A stretch of DNA of 64,000 nt from Octopus sinensis (GCF_006345805.1 NC_043019.1:17049360-17113359), one strand, 5' to 3'. Positions 1 to 13,300 are shown, numbered from the stretch's first letter. The notes: generated by a model from the letters alone, not told the origin. A program made the numbers and translations.

Positions 1-174
1 AACTTTTTTAATTTGAAATGGCTTACTAATTATATAAATTAATGTTGAAAAAAAAAACCCCCAAAAAACACGAAGTAAAGAGGAAGGTGCCAGTTGTCTG
101 AGGGTAACGAGTACAGAAACGAGAAAGGAAATTAAAAGTAAAAGAGTGAATGAATAACCCTGCTAATCTGGTAC

Positions 175-453
175 CTTTGGGATCCGGGAAGGGCTACATT
201 TTCAAACATATCAGCGTATTGGGACTTAGGCTTAAATAAACAAAAACAACAGAATCAGGTTTTTTTAATCAGGTCATCAAAAATGTAATTCTATTTTTAA
301 CATCTTCAGTATCTACAAACTTCTTTTCATCTCTAAATTATGTTTATAAATGTCATATATTAAGGTTTCTAACTCACCCGACAACAAATAACGAGCCTCG
401 GCAATATCCATGTCTTTGTGTTAATTACTTGACATTTCCAACGACCGTTGCTC
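175..453 (-). other. Two possible small exons (453-378 and 230-175) of an unidentified gene
   Basis: ATTTCAG|...TCGG|GTGAGT (76 nt) and TTGTTTTTGTTATTTAAG|...AAAG|GTACCA (56 nt). They join in frame as SNGRWKCQVINTKTWILPRLVICCR-PKSQYADMFENVALPGSQ. No recognisable family. Confidence 0.25.
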
Positions 454-2219
454 CTGAAATTGACATACCTTCGGATCACTTTGCACTAAACTTAAATAAC
501 ACTGCATTTCCAAAAGTTCTAGTTGTCTTTTTAAAGTATGTCACACATCATCACCTTTATTTGTCTCTGAATCAGATAGAAACAGTACCAACATGTCTTT
601 TGTCTTTTAATGTCAACAAATCTGATGCGACTCTACATGATATTCACACAGAATGGCATTCTGGTTTTCACCTAATTCTAAATACTATATTATTTCGGTT
701 TCCAAGTGCAATGTGAGAGTTACATGCTTCCTTTTCACATCTGCCTCCAAAATGGTTCCTCTTATTAAAATTGGAAGATATTTTTCACAAATGGATATAA
801 AATATAAATACACAAACAAAGGGCTGTGGTGTTGCTACCATTCTTTTCAATTTGAATGAAAACAAGGACAGAGAGAGACACCAGCAGCAAGTGATGGTAC
901 TTAGGGAAGAAAATGAGAAAAAGAAAACCTGAACTGCATCAAAAAGACTTCAGGATGCCAGAGGAATGGAACTTTACTGTTTTCGTGTTTTATTTGTAAA
1001 CATTTCCAGCACATTTAGCAAATATTAAGGGATAAAGCAAGTTAACTTGATAACTGCTGGAGATGAAAGGAGTCTGAAATAAATATGTGAAGAATCTTAA
1101 CAAACAGAGATATTCATGTAATTTCACTGATATTTTCTCCTTAATCTTGTTATTGAAGTCAGTCAGTTCTAAAGTTTACAACTTGGAGGAGTTTTTTTTT
1201 TTTTTTAAGTGGGAGTGGTTCAAGATAAGCAAAAAGAGAAATTTATCTTTCTCTAATAAATCTCTCACATCTAAATTAATTTATTGCTCATTTCCTAATA
1301 GAATGGAACTGATAAGAGACAAAAATGAAAAGGTGCAGCAAAAAAAAAAAAAAAAAAAAAAAGGACAAAGATACAAGTCCAGAGGATCACTTCTTAATGC
1401 CATGGCAACAGATAAAATATGCCGAGTTATCACCAAACATTCAAAAGGATTGTTACTTCTAAAGATAGATTCTGGTTCTGAGTTTGAAAACCCCATGGAG
1501 GTCAACTTTGCTTTTCATCTTTTCAGGGTTGATAAAATTAAGTATTAGTCAAGTACAGAGATTAATATAATCAACTCCCACACCCTACCCCTTAAAATTG
1601 CCGGCCTTGTGCAAAAGTATGAAACTCTTATTTCTAGAATAGCTGGCCCCAGCAGATGGGGGCGGAAAAAGGCACAGAATTGGATTGTCCCCCCCACCCC
1701 CCACTCACACACACACAAAGGGAATTATGATTCTGAAAGAATTTTTTCTTTCAAAAAATTTCAAATTTCTAAACCGTTTTGCTCCAAGCTGTTCTCCTTC
1801 CCTGTGTAGAAGCAGGTATAGCTATTTGAAAACTTCACTGAATCTTTAACCCTTTAGCATTCAGATTACTTATTCAGATGTAATGCTTATCTATTTACAT
1901 TTGTTTTGAATTAGTCGTGCATTATTATCAAAGCTTTCAGATTTTGACTACAGGACTCTTTCCTTGTGCCGGTGGCTCGTAAAAAGCACCAACCAATCGT
2001 GGCCATTGCCAGCCTCCTCTGGCCCCTGTGCTGGTGGCACGTAAAAAACACCCACTACACTCATGGATATTATGGCTGGATGTGGCCGGTTTAAATGCTA
2101 AATTGTTAATGAGTGGAGGGATTGCGATATTGAAGTGTATCTTTAGAAGTGTGTTTGTGATGGACAACAACTGGATATTAAAGAAATTAATAAATTTATA
2201 TAAACACAATTTGTGTGTA

Positions 2220-2251
<32 letters not shown>

Positions 2252-2450
2252 TGGGTGGGTAGTGTAAGCTAAAAAAGAAATTCTAAACAATGCTGTATGC
2301 CGCTAACAATGGTGTGATACTCCAGTGAGGAAGACCCACCCCACCACATCGACATCCTTTATTTCAAATATTCTGATTTCATTTACTAAAATGGATGCTT
2401 CAGTATAGCAGAATGTCTTCAATTTCTTTCTGTTTTTTTTTGTTTTTTTT

Positions 2451-2644
2451 TTAAAGAATAAATCTAGATATTACAGTTTGAGTGATGAAAAATAAACAAA
2501 AAGAAAAATAGCTGTTAATCTGTTCTGCCGAAGTGAGGATTGAATATAAGGTTTCACGCAAAAAAAGGTTATTAGAAAGTATTTTTGAATGTGAAACAAA
2601 AGTCTGGTCTACTAATAATAAACAATGTGAAATTAAACCACAGG
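2451..2644 (-). CDS. Candidate terminal exon of the claudin-like gene (rest of TM3, ECL2, TM4) - tentative
   Basis: Acceptor TCATTTATATTTATAG| in phase 1 gives (A)CGLISHCLLLVDQTFVSHSKILSNNLFLRETLYSILTSAEQINSYFSFCLFFITQTVISRFIL*, total about 191 aa. Lies in a 137-aa ORF, but T-rich strands yield hydrophobic reads by chance and polar residues interrupt the putative TM4. Confidence 0.25.
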
Positions 2645-3082
2645 CTATAAATATAAATGATTGCTCACTGAATTGGTTAAGTAAGCACTTTTTAAAGACA
2701 AAAAATCTCGAGTATTGTTGTGAGAGATAAATAAACAACAACAAAATAACAAGCAAAGAAAAAAAACACACAAGAAAGTAAAATGAAAAAGCAAATTGCA
2801 GAACGCGTTGAGCTAGTTTCATATTGATGTTCAGATTACGAGAGAAAGAAGTGAAGAACTGCACAAAGAATGATCACTAAGAAATCATATTGATCTCAAA
2901 TCTCTTGTCATCTATTTTTAACGGTAAATATATTCCAGAGGAAATTACTTCGGCAAGAAACACATGAGAAGCTTTCAAACTCCGCATCCAATCTAGGCCT
3001 GGGAAGATGTCTCGAAAGATGTTGATAAAAACTTGGAGATGCTCAGCTTGTTAATTTCTCAATGAATATAAATTGAAACAAT

Positions 3083-3446
3083 AACTATCATTGCCACCGC
3101 CACCACCACCACCACCACCACAACTACTATCACTACCACCACCAGTGCTGCTGCCACTACTACTACTACTACCACCACCACCACCTCCACCACAACTACT
3201 ATCACTACCACCACCAGTGCTGCTGCTACTACTACTACTACTACCACCACCACCACCTCCACCACAACTACTATCACTACCACCACCACCAGTGCTGCTG
3301 CCACTACTACTACTACTACCACCACCACCACCTCCACCACAACTACTATCACTACCACCACCAGTGCTGCTGCCACTACTACTACTACTACCACCACCAC
3401 CACCTCCACCACAACTACTATCACTACCAACACCAGTGCCGCTGCC

Positions 3447-3480
<34 letters not shown>

Positions 3481-3632
3481 GTACTACAACTACTACTACA
3501 GCTCCCACCGACACCATCACTACTACTACTGCCACTGCTGCCACCGCCACCACCACCATTACTACTATTGCCATCACCACCACAACCACCCACCACCACT
3601 ACTACTACTACTACCACGACTACTACTACAAC
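3083..3632. repeat. Compound (CCA)/(CTA) trinucleotide array with a 72-75 bp higher-order unit
   Basis: CAACTACTATCA recurs at 3121, 3193, 3265, 3340 and 3412. Confidence 0.95.
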
Positions 3633-3903
3633 TCCTCAACAGTACAGTATAGACTGCCAGAAAAATGCCTGCGCAGTGCAGTGGTGTCTCATAACAGGTT
3701 CAGACCAGAACAGTTTTGAGGTTGGAAACAGTCAAAGAGACCCGCATCTGCACCAGCCCTTTAAGATATCTCATTTTATTGACGCAGAAAGGAAGACAAA
3801 TCTGACCTCAATGGGATTTAAGCTCAAATGGACGTAACCAAATACCACAAGGCATGTTGCCATCTCCAGACCAGTGTCTGTTTAGAGAAAAGATGTGCTC
3901 AGA

Positions 3904-3991
3904 GCAGTGTGTGTTTGCTATTTAGAGATCAGTGTGTGTTTGCTATTTAGAGATCAGTGTGTGTTTGCTATTTAGAGATCAGTGTGTGTTT
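3904..3991. repeat. 25 bp minisatellite (~3.5 copies)
   Basis: CAGTGTGTGTTTGCTATTTAGAGAT repeated in tandem. Confidence 0.9.
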
Positions 3992-4671
3992 AGCGTGGTG
4001 TATGATCTCAGAGCAGTGTGTGTTGAGAGAGAAGTTTGTGCCTAGATTTCATTGCAAACATCACAGAATGTATACAGAGAGAGAGTAAACAAACAGTGAA
4101 TGAAAATGTCTGCAGTAGAAAGACAACTGTACATATTGTGATTATGTAAAATGAAACAACGAAATATAAAGAGAGATTTTTGCAAATGTTTTATTGAAAG
4201 TCAACGTAATTCTGTTATGTCTTACTGAATAAGTAATGGAAGTAATGGAGCCAAGTAATGGTAATTTCACTGGAAATACTGAGTACATTAACAACATCAG
4301 GATGTGTTGAATAATAATAATAATAATAGAAGGATATACTGAGGAGAGTAATAACAGAAGGATACACTAAGGATAGTAATAACCATTTCTACCAGAGGCA
4401 CAAGTCCTGAAATTTTGGAGGGTGGGGGTAAGTTGATTACACAGACCCCAGTATTCAACTGGTACTTTTTTATGGACCCTGAAAGGATGAAAGGAAAAGT
4501 TGATCTTGATGGAATTTGAACTCAGAATGTAACGCCACTAAATTTTTTGTCTGGTATGCCGACTCTACCAGCTTGCCACAGTAAAAAGGATAGTCATAAC
4601 AGAAGGATATACTGAAGTCAGTGATAATAGAAGGATATATTAAGTAATAACACTAATAACAGCAGGATATA

Positions 4672-5862
4672 TTGGGCCATCCCATAAATAATGCTGTTTT
4701 TTCAGTTGCATGAACTAAAAGTCGGCGGGGAATGGGATAAACTTCCTGCATCAACTTGCTATAAAAGCAGGTAGTAATTTTACCTTGTACTTATTCATAG
4801 TGCAAGTTTTGAAGAGTGCAGTTTGATTTTAACAGTTATTTTTCCAAAGCTATTATGGAAGTGACAAAGGAGCATAATCAGCATATTTTGCTTTATGAGT
4901 TCAATAAAGGCAACAATGGAATGGAAAGCGCTAGGAATATTAATGCAGTATATTGGGATCGGACAATAAGCATAAGCCAGTGTTAACGGTGGTTCCAGAG
5001 AATTTCTGAACTGGAAACTATAGCCTAGAAGACGAGCCCCGTCCTGGAAGATCTGTAGAACTCAATGAGGATGTCCTGCAAACCCTGGTGGAACAAAATC
5101 TCATTGTAACAGTTGAGGAACTAGCAGAGAAGCTTGGATTTGGTCCTTCGACCATTCATTGACACCTGCTAGCCATCTGAAAAGGCAGCAAATTGAGTCA
5201 ATGGGTTCCTCACAAACTTTGCGAGTCTAATCGCATGCAGAGAGTGAATGTGTGTTCTTCTTTCTGGTCACATCCCATGAATGACCCTTTTTTGGACTGA
5301 ATAGTGACTGGTGACGAGAAATGGGTTCTCTGTAAAAATGTCATGCACCGAAGACAGTGGGGAGGGAAACAAGAAACACTGGCACCCCAGGCTAAAAAAG
5401 GTCTTCATCCATGTAAGGTGTTGTTATCTGTTTGGTGAGGTTTAGTCCACTTTGAACTTTTAAACCCAAACCAAATGATAACAAAGGAGATCTACTGCGA
5501 ACAGCGTGAGCGGCTTAAGTCAATGCTTGAAGAAACATGACCATCTTTGGTTTCAAGATTAAAGGTGTTCTTTGATGCCCCACCCACCATATTTGTTGGA
5601 CATTGCCCCATCTGATTATCATTTATTCTGCAGTCTTCAAAATCATTTGGATAGGAAAAATATGAAATTCTGCCTGTAGGCAAAGGCAGAACAGTACTGG
5701 AGGAGTATTTGGAAGAGGGGCCTTGCAAGTCTACCAAGTAAATGGAAGAGCATTGTAGAAAATAAAGGAGAGTATATTTTAGATTAAAAAGAACTTTGTT
5801 TATCTTAATTTTGAAAAATAAAAGAAGTATAAAAAAACTGCATTATTTATGGGATGACCCAA
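4672..5862 (+). mobile_element. Defective mariner (Tc1/mariner) DNA transposon
   Basis: ~30 bp TIRs TTGGGCCATCCCATAAATAATGCTGTTTTTT / AAAAAAACTGCATTATTTATGGGATGACCCAA (2 mismatches). TA duplicated at 4670-71 and 5863-64; internal transposase remnant. Confidence 0.95.
4855..5787 (+). pseudogene. Mariner transposase pseudogene
   Basis: MEVTKEHNQHILLYEFNKG..., WVPH, VTGDEKWVL, PPYLLDIAPSDYHLF (YSPDLAPSD motif), ...GEYILD*. Several stops and frameshifts; the DNARPH (second Asp) segment is missing. Confidence 0.9.
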
Positions 5863-5896
5863 TACTTAGGATGGTAGTAACATAAGGATATATTCT

Positions 5897-6231
5897 GAGA
5901 CCCCCTTCGATCACGACACTGACCATGGGATTGCACCTAGAAAGTCACCCTCCCAGGTACAAGTCTGGGAAAGGTTGTTTATGGAAGACCAGCAGTCGCC
6001 CATGCATACCGGCCTCCCCTCTCCACGCCACCAGTGTTATCCAAGGAAAAGGCAAAGGGGCCGATACAGCTTGGCACCTGTGACGTCGCAACTCATTTCT
6101 ACAGTGAACTGGAGCAACATGAAATAAAGTGTCTTGCTCAAGAACACAACATGCAGCCCAGTCCGGGATTCGAGCTCACAACCTTGCGATCGTAAGCTCG
6201 ATGCTCTAACCACTGAGCCATGTGCCTTCAC
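5897..6231 (-). mobile_element. tRNA-derived SINE
   Basis: 5' head GGCACATGGCTCAGTGGTTAGAGC...GAGCTCGAATCCCGG (A and B boxes), then GTGTTCTTGAGCAAGACACTTTATTTC core. Confidence 0.85.
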
Positions 6232-7188
6232 AAAGGATATAGTAAGGACAGTAATAACAGAAGGATACTAAGTAATAATACTAATAACATGATGATACAC
6301 AAAGAGCAGAAGGATGTACTGAATAATAATAGAAAGATAAACTAAGCAATAATAGTAATAACAGCAGAGTATAAGAACGATTTCTAACATTTATGAAACA
6401 TCCAATGGCAGTTTTGTGTAAACAAATCACTGGGGGATAAAACATGAGATGAAATACCGATATTGATGTTTATGAAACGAGTTTGAAGATCTACTCATGT
6501 TGAGATAATATCAATAAAGAAATCTCTAGCAGTGAATCCAACTTTATTTCCTTATTTCATCTTTTATTTGTGAATAAATTCACACATTCCATTTTAATGG
6601 CAACCGTTACTCATAATGTTATTCTAATAAGGAAGAATTATCCAAACAGGGAAAAGAAATTCTTCTCTTGTAATTTTCTTTTTACTTCATTAAATTCACT
6701 GATGATAGTAGACTACTAGTTCAGTTAATTGTAATTTTAAATATATAAAATAACATTTGGCCATGATATGAAGAAAATAAAAAGTGGAGTTGGAGGAGAT
6801 GAGTAAAAACATTGAATTCAATAAAATATTTTTCAAAACTGATGTTGTTCCATAAATGAGATAAAAGAATGTTTGAAATATTTTCATCGGAGGATTTTCA
6901 CCTCATTAATGCTAGTGAGAATGCTGATCAGCACAAATAACACCCGGATTAGGGTAGCAGCAGCATTAGCAGCTAAAGGGATTAGAGACTAAGGACAGTA
7001 TTAATTAATTAATGAGGGTAAGAGAGAGAGAAAGAGAGAGAGAGAGAGAAACATTGAAAATGAGGGAGAAATGTGAAGAAGAAAGGGAACTTATGTTGCA
7101 CGGACGAGACAGAGAATTAGGGAATTAACAACAGAGTGAAACTGAGAATGGAAGGCAGATTAATAAAGATATTTATTATTAGGAATTA

Positions 7189-7355
7189 ATAGGGACATTT
7201 TATGGAGAAAAAATTGTTTTGTTTTGAATATGATATTGTCTGGGCGGTATTTTCTATGCCATGGTAGTGATTACGGCTTTTAAATGCATCGAGAGGAGGG
7301 GAGCAGAAACGAAGAAGGTAAGTAGTAAGCCGCAAAACGAGACAAATATTTGTCC
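7189..7355 (-). other. CpG-enriched unique segment after a strong acceptor; possible exon, frame unresolved
   Basis: Acceptor TTGCTTCTTTCCTGACTGCAG|. Phase 1 reads GTNICLVLRLTTYLLRF..., phase 0 reads GQIFVSFCGLLLTFFVSAPLLSMHLKAVITTMA*. Locally elevated CpG versus flanks. Confidence 0.2.
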
Positions 7356-8374
7356 CTGCAGTCAGGAAAGAAGCAATCAACAATAAAACAGAAATATCTT
7401 GAATGCTTTACAACACAACTTTGATATTTGTTGTTGCTAACATTTTTTGTAAATGAGAACATTTTCAACAAGGAGCAGTGAGCAGCAAGAAACATTTCAG
7501 AAGAGCAAGAAGCATTTCAGGAACCTCTTGAAAACAAATGACAATTGTTAAAAGAATTTCTCCCTAACCCTTTCAACAGCCATCCACTTTTGTTGTTGTT
7601 GTTGTTATTGTTGTTGTTGTGCATGCACAAACTGTTAGTCACTGGAAGCAAGAAGGCAATGGCACGCTGATTGACTTGGAGGTAGAAGAAAAGAAAATTA
7701 GCTGATAATGATGAAGCCTGTCATCTCTTAGATTTTGAATGTGTTGTTGTTGTTGTTGCATTGAAATTAATCAATAATAAATAGATTTTAAAAAAAGGGG
7801 GAAAAAATATGGAACTGAAAATCTGTTTCTTGCAGCCATTAAAGTGAAAAGGTGGCCCAAAGCTGAAGAGAGAAACTTTGGAATAAATATTCTACAGCAG
7901 CCACATGGAAGACAGGTTCCATTGTTATTGGAAAGTTATTCTCTCCCCCCCCCCCGATCCCTTTGACTCCCTATTCTTTCTCTGTGCCCCAATGATGCAG
8001 TTTGAGAAGCAGTTATTCCTACTGAACAAACAAATATGTGTGCGTGTGTGTGCATGCATGTGTGTATGCATGTGTATGTGTGTGGGGTGTGTGTCTGTCA
8101 GAAGCAGTTAGTCTTATTGAAACAAGCAAACAAATATATATAGAGAGAGGGAAGGGGTGAGAGGGGGTGGAAGGGGAGGTAGGTAGAGAGAGAGAGAGAG
8201 AGAGAGATTGAATGTGTGTGTGTGGATATGTATATATTTCTGTTCTTGTTCCAAAAGGCAAATTAAATCGTGTATCTTTTGTGTACAGGACTGCATGGTG
8301 ATGGAGGAGAGAGACGACAAATTGGTGCAGAAGTAACAATGCAGATTACACCCTGCAGACAAATGTAAAGTGTT

Positions 8375-8642
8375 GAAATTCACACACACACACACCTACA
8401 CGCCCCCCACACACACACACCCACATACACACACACACACAGACACCCACACAGACACTCCCACACACACTCACAGACTCCCACACATACACACACACAT
8501 ACACACACAGACACCCACACACCCACAGACCCCCCCCCCACACACACACCCACATACACGCACACACACCCACACAGACCCCCCCCCCCACACACACATA
8601 CACACCCACAGACCCCCCCACACACACACATACACGCACACA
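8375..8642. repeat. (CA)-rich microsatellite with C-run interruptions; similar (GT)n tracts at 36990-37200 and 42565-42752
   Basis: Direct inspection. Confidence 0.95.
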
Positions 8643-9493
8643 AAGAGAACTTCCATAAGTTCGTTTCAGAAAACTGCTTTCTAAGCCAGAATTATTCATC
8701 TTCGCAATTAACATATTTATGTAAATATTGATTTATTTCGGCCAGACACATATTAACCTTTGCAAATCAGCTGATATAACAGACTCTACCCACTTGTATA
8801 ACTGGTATTTACTTTATTGACATGAACGACCAAAATGTTGTTGACATCGTGTGAACTGATGACGGTGAAGGAATTTATGCGTCATCACTGATCTTGTCTT
8901 GATTTCAATGATGAGTGTGTCCCAGTTGTTCAACCAACAGAATCACCTACTCATTGAATCATAGTTTTATGTGGCTGAGTATTCCATGGACACTTGTACT
9001 CTTAATGTATCCTTAAGCAGAATCTGTGTGACACAAGCACGTCCAGTTCCCAAGTTCACACACACATCCCCTGGACCCATTTCCACTCCCTAGGCTTAGG
9101 GAGAGCTGAGGCTACTGGAGAAGGCACTTGCCCAGGGTGTGCTGTGCAGTGGGATTGAACCCAAAACTGCATGATTGGAAAGAGAACTTTTTAACTAAAT
9201 GTCCAACCTGCATCACTTCCTAGGGATTGCACTTAGCCATTTCAGTGACTCCCTCCCCATCTCCATACTACAGAAGTCACTGCTTAGGGCTGTCCGATGG
9301 TTAAACAACAGCAGCAAAGACTATAACTGGATCAGGATAAAGAAAGATGGCGGAGAAAGAGACATTGGTGACATTGGTAAGAATGGAACAAGTGTGACAT
9401 AGGTATGGCTGTGGGGTTAAGAAGCTCACTATGTAGCCATATAGTTTTTCGGTTCAGTCCCACTGCACGGCACCCCAGGTGTCTTCTAATATA

Positions 9494-9727
9494 TATTTCT
9501 TTATTGCCCACAAGGGGCTAAACATAGAGAGGACAAACAAGGACAGACAAAGGGATTAAGTCGATTACATCAACCCCAGTGCGAAACTGGTACTTTTATT
9601 TATCGACCCCGAAAGGATGAAAGGCAAAGTCGACCTCGGCGGAATTTGAACTCAGTTCGTAACGACAGACGAAATACTGCTAAGCATTCCGCCTGGCATG
9701 CTAACATGTCTGCCAGCTCGCCGCCTT
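9494..9727 (-). mobile_element. SINE family B (~235 bp)
   Basis: AAGGCGGCGAGCTGGCAG...GAGTTCAAATTCCGCCGAGG head. Copies at 4380-4580, 17966-18195, 24229-24440, 30000-30210, 30955-31549 (three), 45146-45355 and 46000-46197. Confidence 0.9.
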
Positions 9728-9805
9728 AATCTTCTAATATAGCCCCAAACCAACCATTGCCTTGTGAATGAATTTGGCAGAGGAAAACTGAAAGAAGTCC
9801 ATCGT

Positions 9806-9841
<36 letters not shown>

Positions 9842-10145
9842 TCATCACCAGGCTATTTTTTTATTGCATATAATACTCGGGTTGAACCAATTATGGAATA
9901 ACATTCTGTAATTGGAACTCTGCAAAAATGTCTCTTCTCTCTTACAGAAGACCATTTACTAAATTAATCACTTAACAAAATTCTACTTTGTCTTAATGTT
10001 ACACGACAATCTATCATTTCTCTGGATGAGATCAGAAAAAGAAAAGAGAACAATTATGCAATTAATTGGACAATTATAAACATTTATAACCCATTCGCCG
10101 ATAATATTCCAAGCTAGACATAGTACACTTCAACAGCCTACTCAT

Positions 10146-10340
10146 CTACACATCTGGCACTTGAGAAGAATTCTTCATAAACAGAGATATCACATGCTTG
10201 AATATTATTCTCAGTGATAAACCTGATATTTCAATGACATTTCTAGATATCACACACTTCAGTGACTCTCCTACATAGATTTTATACAGATTAAATGCAC
10301 GTCTGAGTTGATAGACAGGATACATTGGAGAGATAAATAT
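10146..10340 (-). mobile_element. Possible older Penelope GIY-YIG remnant
   Basis: VYQLRRAFNLYKIYVGES resembles VYxLxCxxCxKxYVGET. Confidence 0.35.
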
Positions 10341-13300
10341 GATATATTTGAAAGCCATTACAGATTGTAATGAAACTGGAGTTGAGTTAGTAAAACCAAT
10401 TAAACGGCCACAACTGAGAAACATCTCTCACAACGCTGTACCAAATGCTTCTGTCTCCCATTAGCTTTGGTAGATTCTCAGTTTCATGTGTATCTCTGTT
10501 AATGGCAACAAAGGGGTTAACCCCATTGTGATCATTTGTCCCCTATTTGTGTGTAGAAGTCTTTCCAAAGTAAAATATCTGAAATGGTCTGTTGTCCAGT
10601 GCAGCAGCAGTGACCAGCAAAGCTTATGCTGTACAAGATGGGTGGAATGTGTCCAGAAATATCCTTCTTGTGCTGACAGCATGAGATATTTTGAACCCTG
10701 CTAAGAATCCTGGTGACTGAACCATCAAAGAGATTTTGAAGCTCTCTCTTCATAGTTCAAGTTTCAGCTGCTCTCAAACACATCCTGCACACGTCCATGT
10801 GCAAGTAACGAAGGTTATTGTGAAAAGACAAGGTTTTTGTGTCTAATGACTTTAAACATGGGCAGAAGGCCTCCAGAGACGTTTTGAGAATAGAGTACAA
10901 CCAATTCTATTGACCCCTGTACTTGACTAGTCATCACCATCATCATGTAACGTCCATTTTCCATGCTGGTATGGGTTGGACAGTTTGACAGGAGCTGGGC
11001 AGCCAAAGAGCTACCCTGGTTCCATGTCAGTTTTGGGATGGTTTCTACAACCAGATGCCCTTCCTAATGCTAGTGTTTGTTTTAAAAGTTTACAATAGCA
11101 GGGCTTGAACTGGAATTTAGAGCAGTCATATCTACCTGTAGGACTTTCTGAATGGCATGACTAATGAAAATTCTTTTCAGTTGTGAGTCCCACCTTAATG
11201 ATGAGCCATGTACCATACAGCCCACGTCTTGATAAAGGTTGCCCATGCCTGCTCCAGAGGGACATAACAAAATACAGCAACACATTTTGTCTGGCACCTC
11301 TACATGGTTCCATTAACTGCAATATTAAAGAGACAACCACTCACCCTATTTTTTTACAACAGGTCATGTCACTAAACTGACACAATGATAACAGCAACAA
11401 GAACATTCCTTTCCAGTCTTTTCACTACCAAGACATCCCTCCTCGCTCCCCCCATCCACCTCTACACCTCTAGCATTCATTAACATGAAGTAGCTTTAGG
11501 AATTCATGCAAACCCATCTAATATTATTTTAAGAGATTGCTACTTAACTTCTTTTAAGCATCCCCCCCCCTGCCCTTGAGAAAATTTAATATTTATTGGA
11601 CTGACTGGAATAGCTTAGCAGGGAATTATCACTTATTTTCAAACAACTATTAAGAAACCAGTTTAAGACATCTTGTTTATTTAGACTGAATGGTGTCGGT
11701 TCTTTTCCAAATGAAGTGAATAATCTCAGAGCAAAGAATGTCAGTCTGTGATCCAGTCAAGAAATGGAAAAAAAAAAGAAAAATCTTCTGTACATTTCCT
11801 GTGTTGAAATGAAAAAAATATCTATGACTAAAGTTTTGAATGAGGACACTGCTAGAAATTCTGATCAAATATTTGATTTTATGAGTCCTAAAGAATTCCT
11901 GAGATGTTGTAGCTTTTATGTTTGTTTTACATAAAGAACCAAAAAAATCCAGATAGATATTTTGATTATTTTCATAAGAAAAATTAATTACTAAGAGTTA
12001 AATATTTAAAATGATTGTCAAGTTAAAAAGCAAATCCTGGAGATGGCAGAGATGATAAGAAGGAAGAAAGCAACTGGCAAGATGTAAAAGATACCTCTTA
12101 CAACCACCACTGACCCTGTCAAGTTAGCAATACCTCTTACAGTCACTGTTTGCCCTGTCAAGTCAACAACAGCACCTTTTACAGTCACTATTCACCATGT
12201 GAAGTCAGCAAAAATCTCTTCTTACAGTCACCGTTCATTCACCCTTTCAATAAACATATTTCTCAATGAACCAACGAGGGAGCCTTTACACAATCACTTC
12301 ACTAGCTAGAAATAGCACTCATATCTCCCTCAAATTATATCCTAATGGGTAAAAATGAAAAGGATCTTGAATCCATTGTGGCTAGGAAAAAGACAGGATC
12401 ATCATATGTGGAATAGTGTTGATCATAGATCCCATTGACCAGGGCTGAAAACAACAGCTTGCCTTTCAAGTCCTACCATATCAACTCACACAATCACTAC
12501 TAAGCATGAAGACTTGTCTGGTCACTGGAGTTCCACATGGAGATCCGCCTGCATGGAGTTCTCTCCACCAGCCTCAGATACACTGCGAAGGAACAACAAC
12601 ACTTGTGACACTCATTCTGCAACTTTCACATGACATGAAGAGAGAAGGCAATACATACACAATGGGCTTCTTTCAGTTTCCATCAACTGAAGTCATTAAC
12701 AAGGCTTTGGCAGCCCAGGAATACAATAGAAAAAAACTTGCCCAAGGTGCCATGCAGTGGGACTGAACCTGAAACCATGCAGTTGGGAAGCAAACTTCTG
12801 AACCACACAGCCACGCCTGCATCTGTAAACCCAGCAGATACAAAGAAAAAACGCTGGAGACATCTTCCAGTGGTACATGATGACAACCTGGTTTCCGTCA
12901 ACAACACCATAAACACAACCACTACAAATGTCAAAGAAACCCATCTACAACGCTTTCCTTTCTTCAGAACTTTTTCAAAAGCTCAGCCACCAATCCCAGA
13001 TGATCCCTTGTGGCAATCATGCATACAACTTACATTTCAAACTCTGTGTTTTCATATTCTTAGACCATGTCTCGTGTTTCATAACCTTCCTCAATGCCTT
13101 CACTTGTTTCATCTCTAAACTAGCAAGCAGTGCATCGCCCTTCTGCACCAACTCACCTACACAACACATTCTCCCCTAACCCATCACACTGACTTGCATC
13201 ATCCCAAATTATCCCCGAGTCAACCCTGTATCAGTATGAAAATTAAAAAAAAACATCTACAAACAATATCATTCCAGCCATAACATCCAACCCTGTTTTT

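Noticed and set aside
1087-1548. 153-aa plus-strand ORF
   Set aside because: Runs through poly-T and poly-A tracts and into a SINE-B fragment; no domain recognised.
3051-3837. Long ORFs (188, 176, 248 aa) in the track
   Set aside because: They arise from a trinucleotide array that cannot generate stops; no ATG context or splice support.
6160-6231. tRNA-like sequence (also ~25500-25561, ~61900-61962, ~42045-42100)
   Set aside because: A/B boxes are present but there is no complete cloverleaf or acceptor stem, and each continues into a SINE body.
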